From: Pseudomonadota bacterium | GTDB lineage: Bacteria; Bdellovibrionota_B; Oligoflexia; Silvanigrellales; Silvanigrellaceae | Direction of reading: 5' to 3' | NCBI GenBank assembly: GCA_039799905.1 | Contig: JBDLRP010000005.1 | Coordinates: forward strand, 1-24,589 | DNA length: 24,589 nucleotides | Part shown: in pieces, positions 11,732 through 19,386 of the stretch | Layout of the letters: each line of letters starts with the position of its first letter | How positions within the stretch are numbered: position 1 is the first letter of the stretch | Notes under the pieces: model-generated | Databases searched by the model: none | What the model was told of the DNA's origin: nothing | Seen by the model: the letters and a program-made list of their open reading frames with translations, nothing else | Translations under genes and position numbers: made by a program

Positions 11732-12277
11732 TTAGACTCCCTGACTCAAAAATTCTTTAAGGTTTGAAAGACGCGTTTTAAGACTCGCATCAATCTGTCG
11801 TGTTCCAATTTTAACAACCATACCGGCACGCAATTGCGGTTCAGTTTCACACTCAAAGATCACAGTACGGCCCATGGCCTGCGACAACACTTTTTCAAGC
11901 TCGGAGATCTCTGCGGCAGACAACGGGGTGGCAGAGCTAATCTGGCCACGGACGACGTTGTTGTGAGTGTCGATTTTCTCCAGAACCTTCTTGAGAACTG
12001 TCTTGAGGTGCGACAGGCGGTTGTTTTGCGCCATCAACATGAGCGCACGCGACGTCTGCTGGCTCAAATTCAGTTTTTCTGAAATTAACTGAATCAGTTG
12101 TTCTTTCTCATTCTGGCTGCGTGCAGGGCTTGAAAAAAACAACTCGATTTCGGACGTCAAAATTGCAAGCAGTGCGCCGGCTTCCCGAGAAAGCGTATCG
12201 ACGCTTTTCGATTCAACCGCACTTTCAAACAGCGCCGTTGCATACCTGCGCGACAGCTGTCCAGAACTGACCTTCAT
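11732..12277 (-). CDS. atpH: ATP synthase F1 delta subunit
   Basis: RRYATALF, SATPL and IDASLKTRL motifs; position upstream of atpA. Confidence 0.95.
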   Translation of the reverse strand: MKVSSGQLSRRYATALFESAVESKSVDTLSREAGALLAILTSEIELFFSSPARSQNEKEQLIQLISEKLNLSQQTSRALMLMAQNNRLSHLKTVLKKVLEKIDTHNNVVRGQISSATPLSAAEISELEKVLSQAMGRTVIFECETEPQLRAGMVVKIGTRQIDASLKTRLSNLKEFLSQGV

Positions 12278-12298
12278 ATTCTCCCCTCTACCCGTCGT

Positions 12299-13303
12299 TC
12301 AGTGAGACGCAGAAATTTTTGTTGAACTTTTCAAGCTAACAAGCGCGTTTTGACGCAGTGACGCATCGATAGACGCAAGCGTTTCACCCTTGAGCTTGGC
12401 GTCAAGTGTTGCAACGACCTGATCGAAAATTTCTCTACGCAGTTGCTCTTTGCCCTCGGCTATCAACTGCCGTCCGATACGGTCCGCATCACGCAAAAGC
12501 TGTGCAGCTGACTCTTTCGCCTCACTGATCAGCTTGTCGCGCTGCGCGACTCCGTTATCCGCATATTCTTTACGAAGTGCGTCCAATTCGCTTTGCAGGT
12601 TCTTGAGCTTGGCCTCGTATTCGTCACTCTTCCTTTGCGCAAGTGTCATCGCTGAGCGCGCTTCCGACAACTTGGTTCTCAGTGCATCTCGACGGTCGTC
12701 GAGCATTTTCGAGACTGCTTTTTTTGCAAGAAACGTCAGCGCGGCTGCGAAGACAATAAATTGAAAGTAGGGCCAAAGAATTCCGTAAACCGGGTCGACG
12801 GCACCGCCTCCGCCGGCCGCAAGTGCGCTGCCAGCAACAACAGATGCGCCCACTGCGATGACAACAACAGAGTTCTTTGCAAGCTTGGCCAGAACCGTCT
12901 CAGACAAGTCCGCGACAATGCTTGGGATCTTGCCTCTCTCCTGCGTGACCTGAGAGCTGATTTGAGTTCTGACTTCCTGCAGTTTAGCCTTGGCGCTTTC
13001 GTGAGCTTCCTGAAGAATTCCGGATGCTTCAGCCTGTCCTGCGAGGATTTGATTGTTCAGCAGGTCGCGCGCCTCTGTCAAAGCCTCTTGGTGCGCGGAC
13101 GTATAGGTTTTCTCGAGACGTGCAAGCTTTGATTCCAAGCCCTTAGCTGCATCCACTGCCCCAGCTGTGCGCTTGCGGCGTTCGGCGGTCAGTGCCAAAA
13201 GTGGCTTTACTAGCAGGAAATAGGAACTGGCGAGGGCAGCGAGGTAGAACCCTCCCTCAACAACCATCGGAATAAGTTCGGGTTTTAGTTTTAGTTCCGC
13301 CAT
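12299..13303 (-). CDS. atpF: Fused ATP synthase peripheral-stalk subunits b' and b
   Basis: Two tandem TM + ER/DRR + coiled-coil units (aa ~10-140 and ~172-334) in one 334-aa frame, at the position normally held by atpF' and atpF. Confidence 0.88.
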   Translation of the reverse strand: MAELKLKPELIPMVVEGGFYLAALASSYFLLVKPLLALTAERRKRTAGAVDAAKGLESKLARLEKTYTSAHQEALTEARDLLNNQILAGQAEASGILQEAHESAKAKLQEVRTQISSQVTQERGKIPSIVADLSETVLAKLAKNSVVVIAVGASVVAGSALAAGGGGAVDPVYGILWPYFQFIVFAAALTFLAKKAVSKMLDDRRDALRTKLSEARSAMTLAQRKSDEYEAKLKNLQSELDALRKEYADNGVAQRDKLISEAKESAAQLLRDADRIGRQLIAEGKEQLRREIFDQVVATLDAKLKGETLASIDASLRQNALVSLKSSTKISASH

Positions 13304-13469
13304 TTATTTTCCCTTGTTTTGGGCATCTAACTAATTTGAATCAGGCGCCATGGGGCCGTTCGGCGGTTTCTTACTGTTTAGTTTTAAGCTGCGCAAGTGC
13401 TCGGAAGACGCAAGGCTGACAAAGATTTTCTGGCTCTTTTGCATGGACGGATGGCCAATCCGCCCATGC

Positions 13470-14336
13470 TCAGGCCGAGGGCGTTGACTCGGTAAAAAGC
13501 TCGGCAACATTGAGTAGTTCAGCCAACTGCAAATGAGCCTGGAGGGTGGACCGCGAAACCTTGAGGATTCGACTTGCCTCGGCTTGAGTCACGCGCCTCC
13601 CGTGAAACACGTAATGGGTCAAGGACGCCTTCAGCGCGTCATGTGGGTCGTTGCACCGGAGGACCCTGTCGAAGAGGCCTGCGACCGCGTGAGCTTTTTC
13701 TTCCGCCGCTGCGGTTTCTCTTGCTGCAATCCGGCGCCGCGTGGTTGCGGGCGGCTGCGAGAGGCGGCTTTCAAGAAACTCGGTCGCACCCTCGTCTTCC
13801 CCCCTGAAGCCCGAACGATAGGCAACCTGAACAATTGAGTCGAAGAATAATTCGTGACCATGAACGTCGAGGATTTTTCTGAGCGCGGTCATTTTTTTTC
13901 CGTCGAAGGCATCCATATATCGGCTCAGGTTGGCCCTCTCCAGAACAAGGGAAACCATTTGAGCTGCACTGGGAAAGAGACTCTGGAGCGGTGGGAGCTC
14001 AAAGGGAATTGAGCCACAGACAGGGTGTGGACTCTCTCGGACCAGGGAGAGCGTCGGCAAGCTCACGCGATTCGGGTCGGCTTTTAGGTGGGCGGACTTT
14101 TGCATCGATTGGACGCATTGTCCCTGCAGGTCATAAACTACGATCTGACAAGGGCTTCGCATGGTGAAGAAATCGTCGGTGGTAAGAAAATGAGCGACCG
14201 TCTCGGCCAATGCTTCCTCTTGGACGACAAGAACAACGTCAAAGCCGCTTTCGAGAGCCGAGCTCCAGCGCTGCAACTCCATTTCAAGGCGGCGTTTGAG
14301 GACTGGGAGCAGGTAGCGGGCGATTGATTGATTCAT
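13470..14336 (-). CDS. Hypothetical DNA-binding protein with a C-terminal Fis/NtrC-like HTH
   Basis: Strong RBS GAAGGAGA; C-terminal TQAEASRILKVSRSTLQAHL HTH pattern. Confidence 0.65.
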   Translation of the reverse strand: MNQSIARYLLPVLKRRLEMELQRWSSALESGFDVVLVVQEEALAETVAHFLTTDDFFTMRSPCQIVVYDLQGQCVQSMQKSAHLKADPNRVSLPTLSLVRESPHPVCGSIPFELPPLQSLFPSAAQMVSLVLERANLSRYMDAFDGKKMTALRKILDVHGHELFFDSIVQVAYRSGFRGEDEGATEFLESRLSQPPATTRRRIAARETAAAEEKAHAVAGLFDRVLRCNDPHDALKASLTHYVFHGRRVTQAEASRILKVSRSTLQAHLQLAELLNVAELFTESTPSA

Positions 14337-14448
14337 AGTGCTTCTCCTTCTGTGTTGAATCAGAAAGCGACAGTCTGCAGGAATGTTTTGAAATGGCGAT
14401 GGACATTTTTGGGGCGGTCAAGAATTTCGATCATTTGACTGGTTCTTA

Positions 14449-14464
14449 TGTTTCACGTGAAACA
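14449..14464. promoter_or_regulatory. parS: parS site 1
   Basis: Perfect 16-bp palindrome TGTTTCACGTGAAACA upstream of parAB. Confidence 0.95.
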
Positions 14465-14484
14465 CTTTTAGCCTCATTTAAGAG

Positions 14485-14500
14485 CGTTTCACGTGGAACA
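14485..14500. promoter_or_regulatory. parS: parS site 2
   Basis: CGTTTCACGTGGAACA, near-consensus, 20 bp from site 1. Confidence 0.9.
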
Positions 14501-14662
14501 ATGTCAAGCTTTTGTCTGGCCGCGAAACGACAGCAGAAAATAAATTAGGTCCCCGCCCGCCTTGCGAGTGCCCCGATCTCCGATGTAAGAAGGCCGTACA
14601 GACAAAAAATTCCATTCGGAATGACGATCGAATGCCAAGTCGGGCGACACGGAGGCAACCAC

Positions 14663-15493
14663 ATGGCAGATGCTAGAGTTATCGCGCTTTCCAATCAGAA
14701 AGGCGGCGTTGGTAAAACCACAACCGCGGTCAATATCGCAGCGTCCTTGGCAGCGGCTGAGTACCGCGTGCTCCTTGTGGACTTCGACCCACAGGGCAAC
14801 GCATCCAGTGCACTTGGAATAGAGGCTCGAACACTTAAGCCGAGCAGTTACGAGATGCTCATTCAGGAGGCCATGCCAGTCGATTGCATAGTCAAGACTG
14901 AACTGAGCTATCTAGACCTCATCCCGGCCAATCAAGAACTCATTGGTGCCGAGATTGAGCTTGTCTCAGCACTGGGCCGCGAACACCGTCTCAAGGACGC
15001 ACTGAACCTCGTCAAGGACAAATACGATTACATCTTGATCGACTGCCCACCGGCGCTCGGCCTTCTCACGGTCAATGCACTTGTAGCCGCCCACGGAATC
15101 CTCGTACCACTACAGTGCGAATACTTCGCGCTCGAGGGACTTTCGCAGCTGATGAAGACAGTCGAATTGGTCAAAAAATTCTTGAACCCAACCCTCGAAA
15201 TCGAGGGAATCCTGTTGACCATGTTCGACCGCCGCAACAACCTCTCCCATCAAGTCGAAGTCGACGTTCGTGAACACTTTAAAGAGATTGTTCTGAGCAC
15301 GAAGATTCCGAGAAACGTAAAACTGGGTGAAGCGCCGTCGCACGGAAAGCCGATCATCCTCTATGACATTTCCAGCCCCGGTGCGTTGTCGTACATGGAG
15401 GCGGCACAGGAACTACTTGCTCGCACCCAGCTCAAAAGAAGCGCGCGAAACTCGTCACACAACGTCAACCAAACTACAAACGCACATCCATAA
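14663..15493 (+). CDS. parA: Chromosome partitioning ATPase ParA/Soj
   Basis: NQKGGVGKTTT, DFDPQGNA, IDCPP and EAPSHG motifs. Start set at ATG 14663 after GGAGG. Confidence 0.97.
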   Translation: MADARVIALSNQKGGVGKTTTAVNIAASLAAAEYRVLLVDFDPQGNASSALGIEARTLKPSSYEMLIQEAMPVDCIVKTELSYLDLIPANQELIGAEIELVSALGREHRLKDALNLVKDKYDYILIDCPPALGLLTVNALVAAHGILVPLQCEYFALEGLSQLMKTVELVKKFLNPTLEIEGILLTMFDRRNNLSHQVEVDVREHFKEIVLSTKIPRNVKLGEAPSHGKPIILYDISSPGALSYMEAAQELLARTQLKRSARNSSHNVNQTTNAHP

Positions 15494-15508
15494 CCAGGGA
15501 GGTCATGA

Positions 15509-16651
15509 ATGCAAAAAAAACCGAATGGACTCGGCAGAGGACTTGGAGCGCTGCTCAACCCAGAAATGCTCAAGGCGCAGCAAGCAGCCAGCCTGAGTCT
15601 TGGAAATGTAAGTCCGAAAGAGGATGCCCCACTGGTCTCCCCAACCGAGCGCGCTCAGAAAATCAATACACTTCCGAGCAAACCAGCGAAGGCCACAAAC
15701 GAGCCTGCACAAGCCGAAGTCTTGGCTCATGCGAAGCCAATAACGTCACTTTCTGAAATCAAAACTGAAGACCTGATCTCCCAAACAACACACGGCAACC
15801 AAAAAAAAGAACAGGCCGTGCTTTTGATCTCGACGAGCCAATTGTCGCCGCTCGTCGACCAACCACGAACAGAGTTTTACAGCTCAACGCTCGATGAACT
15901 TGCTGTGAGCATCAAAAACTACGGCATTCTTCAGCCGATTGTTGTTGCGCCCACAGACCAACAGGGAAATTACACAATCATCGCCGGCGAGCGGCGCTGG
16001 AGGGCTGCACAGCTCGCCGGACTCGAGACTGTGCCCTGCATACTTCGTCAACCCACCGAACACAGTTCACTTGAGTTGGCCTTGATTGAAAATATCCAAC
16101 GCGAAGAACTCAGCTCACTCGATGAAGCGAGAGCTTTTTCGAGGTTGATTGACGAACACTCGTACACACAGGACACCCTGGCCTCGAAGGTTGGCAAAGA
16201 CCGTGCGACCATCGCCAACAGCCTGCGTCTTCTGAGCCTACCGCCTGAAATTCTCGCCGACCTTCAGGCAAAGGTGCTTACAGCCGGACACGCACGCGCA
16301 CTTTGTTCGCTCGATGAGAAAAAAATGCAGCTCAAAGTTCGCGACATGATTGTTTCAAAGAAACTCTCTGTCCGGCAAACTGAAGACATAGTAAAAGAAC
16401 TCAAAAAGGACCGTGACTCCAACGAGCCTGCTGGAACTTCCCAACTGTCCCCAGATTTGCGTCACCTCTGCGACCAATTCAAAGGACATCTCGGAACGAA
16501 AGTGCGAATCTCGGGAACTGCAGAACGCGGAAAGATTGAGATCAGCTACTATACATTTGAAGATCTCGAACGAATTGCGGAATTGATGCTTTCACCGGGT
16601 CTGAACCCACGCCGGCCTCTCGAGCCGACACACCGCGGGACAGCACCTTAA
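15509..16651 (+). CDS. parB: Chromosome partitioning CTPase ParB/Spo0J
   Basis: LGRGLGALL ParA-activating peptide, GILQPI, IIAGERRWRA, ENIQRE and the HTH TQDTLASKVGKDRATIANSLRLL. Confidence 0.97.
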   Translation: MQKKPNGLGRGLGALLNPEMLKAQQAASLSLGNVSPKEDAPLVSPTERAQKINTLPSKPAKATNEPAQAEVLAHAKPITSLSEIKTEDLISQTTHGNQKKEQAVLLISTSQLSPLVDQPRTEFYSSTLDELAVSIKNYGILQPIVVAPTDQQGNYTIIAGERRWRAAQLAGLETVPCILRQPTEHSSLELALIENIQREELSSLDEARAFSRLIDEHSYTQDTLASKVGKDRATIANSLRLLSLPPEILADLQAKVLTAGHARALCSLDEKKMQLKVRDMIVSKKLSVRQTEDIVKELKKDRDSNEPAGTSQLSPDLRHLCDQFKGHLGTKVRISGTAERGKIEISYYTFEDLERIAELMLSPGLNPRRPLEPTHRGTAP

Positions 16652-16674
16652 ACGAACGGAGTGAACCAGCGCCG

Positions 16675-17082
16675 ATGAAAAAGCCAGACACATCCTACAA
16701 CGACAGAGAAATTCGTGCATTTCTCGAAGAGGGTTGTGAATTCGAAGGCAAACTCAATTTCACCGGCGTGGTTCGCCTCAATGGGCGTTTTTTGGGTGAC
16801 ATCGATTCCGAAGACACTCTGATCATCGGCGAAACAGCCCTGGTAAAAGGCAACATTCGCGTCGGAGTCGCGATTATCGGTGGGCGCGTTATGGGCGACG
16901 TAGCCACAAAACACTGCACAGAAATACTCGCCACCGGAACAATCGAGGGTTCGGTCCATTCACCGACCATGATCACACATGAAGGCGCTCAAATCCTCGG
17001 TCACATCTCTGTGCTCCGTGAACAACCCACCCTCACCCTCGTCACGCCCGCTTCCGAACCAGCCAATCGAACTAGCGTATAA
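16675..17082 (+). CDS. Bactofilin (polymer-forming cytoskeletal protein)
   Basis: Beta-helix repeats (FEGKL, LNGRFLGDI, IIGETALVKGNI, GTIEGSV, EGAQILG); RBS GGAG. Confidence 0.9.
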   Translation: MKKPDTSYNDREIRAFLEEGCEFEGKLNFTGVVRLNGRFLGDIDSEDTLIIGETALVKGNIRVGVAIIGGRVMGDVATKHCTEILATGTIEGSVHSPTMITHEGAQILGHISVLREQPTLTLVTPASEPANRTSV

Positions 17083-17902
17083 AGTAGAGAAGAAATCCGG
17101 CCACCAGAATTCGATAATAAGCAAAAATCGTAAGCGGAAAGCGCTTGAGAAAAGCAACAAACCACTTCACGCAGATATAAGCCGTAACCCAGGCAATCAA
17201 AATTCCGATCAGCAATTGATGTCTCATTTCAGAGTCAATCAGATGCCACGAACTTTTAGCTTCGTAGAGCGCCGTGCCACAGAGCGTCGGCAATCCCACC
17301 AAAAAACTAATCTCGGCAGCAGCCGTGCGTGAAAAACCGCGCCAACGACCCGTGATGATCGTGGCAGCAGAACGACTGAAACCGGGCCACAGGGCCATAC
17401 ACTGACCCAAACCAATCAACATCGCATCAGCGAGCGAAAATTGTTCGACAGTGCGTTCCTTCCCTACCCGACGACGTGAAAAGAACCACTCATCCGCGAG
17501 AATGATCACCCCACCCGTCAACAAGGCATAAGCAACCACACGAACTTCAAAAAGCGACTTCACAAAATCCTTGAAGATAAAACCAAAAACAGCAAAAGGA
17601 AGAACTGACAGTGCGAAAAAGATCGACTGGATGCGGGATCCAATCAAAGCGGCGCTCTGATCGGACTTGCGCGAGAGCAAGGAAAACCATCCGCGCAGCC
17701 AACCAAGAAGGGTCGGCCAAAACACGGTCACCACCGCAAGAATTGCTCCGGCCTGCACAATGACAAGAAAGGCATCCATTGCCTCGGACTTCTCCAGCCC
17801 AAGAAAATGGCGCGCTAAAATCATGTGTCCAGTGGAACTTACCGGCAAAAATTCAGTGACGCCTTCAACAATCGAAAGCCAGACAGAATCAAGCAAATTC
17901 AT
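17072..17902 (-). CDS. uppP: Undecaprenyl-diphosphate phosphatase BacA/UppP
   Basis: VEGVTEFLPVSSTGH, QAGAILAV, PGFSRS and FAYYRI motifs. Confidence 0.96.
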   Translation of the reverse strand: MNLLDSVWLSIVEGVTEFLPVSSTGHMILARHFLGLEKSEAMDAFLVIVQAGAILAVVTVFWPTLLGWLRGWFSLLSRKSDQSAALIGSRIQSIFFALSVLPFAVFGFIFKDFVKSLFEVRVVAYALLTGGVIILADEWFFSRRRVGKERTVEQFSLADAMLIGLGQCMALWPGFSRSAATIITGRWRGFSRTAAAEISFLVGLPTLCGTALYEAKSSWHLIDSEMRHQLLIGILIAWVTAYICVKWFVAFLKRFPLTIFAYYRILVAGFLLYFIR

Positions 17903-17939
17903 GACAGAACCAACTCCGGCTGCGAAAAATGTCGAACGT

Positions 17940-19268
17940 TCAGAGCAGGTTGGCGGCTATCGTCGCCAATGCTGAACGTTCTCCCTTGACGAGTGTCACG
18001 TGCCCACCGATGGCCTCGCGCCGGAATCTTTCAACGACGTAGGTCAAACCATTGGAGGCCGCATCAACATAGGGATTGTCGATCTGGTAAGGATCTCCCG
18101 TCAGAATGACCTTTGTGTTGTCGCCCGCACGCGTGAGAATCGTCTTGATCTCATGAGGAGTGAGGTTTTGCGCCTCATCGACAATAAAAAACTGATTGGG
18201 AATTGAGCGACCGCGGATATATGTCAGCGGCTCGACTTCGAGAATCCCTTGCGAGATGAGCTCGTGATAACTCTGCGAGAGGCGCTTTCCACGACCCTGC
18301 GCATGTCCGCCCAGCAAGAGTTCAAGATTGTCGAAAATCGGCTGCATCCAAGGATTGAGCTTCTCTTCCAAACTCCCCGGCAGATAACCCACGTCACGAC
18401 CCAGCGGGAATATCGGACGGCTCACCAACAACTTTTGATAACGAGCCTCATCAGTGGTCTTTTCGAGACCCGCAGCGATTGCAAGAAGTGTCTTTCCGGT
18501 ACCCGCAGTCCCGACGAGCGTCACCATCTTTATGTCGTCATCAAGAAGCAAATCAAGTGCAAAACTCTGCTCGAGATTGCGCGGGTAAATGCCCCACACG
18601 TAGTCTTTGCCACCAAAATTCAACGGACGAAGGGATCCCGTCACATGGTCGAATTTACCATAGACGAATTGTGAAGCCTGCTCCGAATCGCGAAGAATGA
18701 CATATTGGTTGGGCATCAACTCGTAGCCTTCGAGTGACACCGAACCGTTCGCCAAAAAGTCGCGCAGCAGTCGACCGTCGACCTCGAACTCGGCGATGCC
18801 TGTGTACAGCTCGTCGATGTTGACCTTATCGGCTTCAAAGTCCTCAACGGCCACACCCAGAGCATCGGCCTTAATGCGCAGGTTGGAGTCTTTCGTGATC
18901 AGAACAACGGGCAACGTCGATTTGGATTTGAGCATCAACGCAACCGACAAAATTAGGTTGTCGGCCTTGCGCTCAAAATACGAGGGCAGCAATGCCATGT
19001 CTGAATCGAGCGTCACAAAAACATGACCGCTGTCAGTGCGATCGGGAAAAAGCGGAATTCCCGTGCTCAACGACCCTCGCGATCGAAGATCATCCATGAT
19101 TCTGGAAAGATGCCGCGCGTTGCGACCTGTCTCACTCAATCCCTTTTTGAAGGTATCGATCTCTTCAATCACGGATATGGGAATGTAGACGTCGTTGTCC
19201 TCGAACGAAAAAATAGCATTCGGATTCGACAACAAAACGTTGGTGTCTAACACAAATTTCTTTTTCAA
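17940..19268 (-). CDS. PIN domain + PhoH-like ATPase (YlaK/PhoH2 type)
   Basis: FVLDTNVLL and LITKD.NLRIKA (PIN); GTAGTGKT, RGRS, DEAQN and GDPYQID (PhoH). TTG start with RBS GAGGTG. Confidence 0.93.
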   Translation of the reverse strand: MKKKFVLDTNVLLSNPNAIFSFEDNDVYIPISVIEEIDTFKKGLSETGRNARHLSRIMDDLRSRGSLSTGIPLFPDRTDSGHVFVTLDSDMALLPSYFERKADNLILSVALMLKSKSTLPVVLITKDSNLRIKADALGVAVEDFEADKVNIDELYTGIAEFEVDGRLLRDFLANGSVSLEGYELMPNQYVILRDSEQASQFVYGKFDHVTGSLRPLNFGGKDYVWGIYPRNLEQSFALDLLLDDDIKMVTLVGTAGTGKTLLAIAAGLEKTTDEARYQKLLVSRPIFPLGRDVGYLPGSLEEKLNPWMQPIFDNLELLLGGHAQGRGKRLSQSYHELISQGILEVEPLTYIRGRSIPNQFFIVDEAQNLTPHEIKTILTRAGDNTKVILTGDPYQIDNPYVDAASNGLTYVVERFRREAIGGHVTLVKGERSALATIAANLL

Positions 19269-19386
19269 ATTCCAACACCTCGTATCAGGTCGTTTGGCAC
19301 AATGCGCTTACCTTGCCTTCGATATTAAACTATCATCACAGGAGAACAAGAGAGCGCAGCAGGACTTTCACAATCAGGACCCAATT

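Noticed and set aside
13594..13609. parS half-site CGCCTCCCGTGAAACA in the HTH gene
   Set aside because: Only the right half matches (four mismatches); explained by coding of FHGRR.
14475..14507. Minus-strand TTGACA next to parS2 as a promoter for the HTH gene
   Set aside because: No acceptable -10 hexamer at 16-19 nt spacing.
14337..14662. Possible oriC in the parS intergenic region
   Set aside because: No DnaA boxes (TTATCCACA-like) or repeated AT-rich unwinding element seen, and no dnaA or gidA nearby.
15505..15756. Alternative-frame ATG next to the parB RBS, with an A8 run just downstream
   Set aside because: Spacing of 2 nt from GGAGG is too short, parB is intact in its own frame, and there is no evidence for frameshifting.
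19294..19310. TGGCAC possible sigma54 promoter between phoH and prkA
   Set aside because: No GC at the required GG-N10-GC spacing.
19195..19386. N-terminal extension of the PrkA-like ORF overlapping the PhoH start
   Set aside because: Overlaps a divergent gene and its RBS; a better ATG with RBS exists at 19387.
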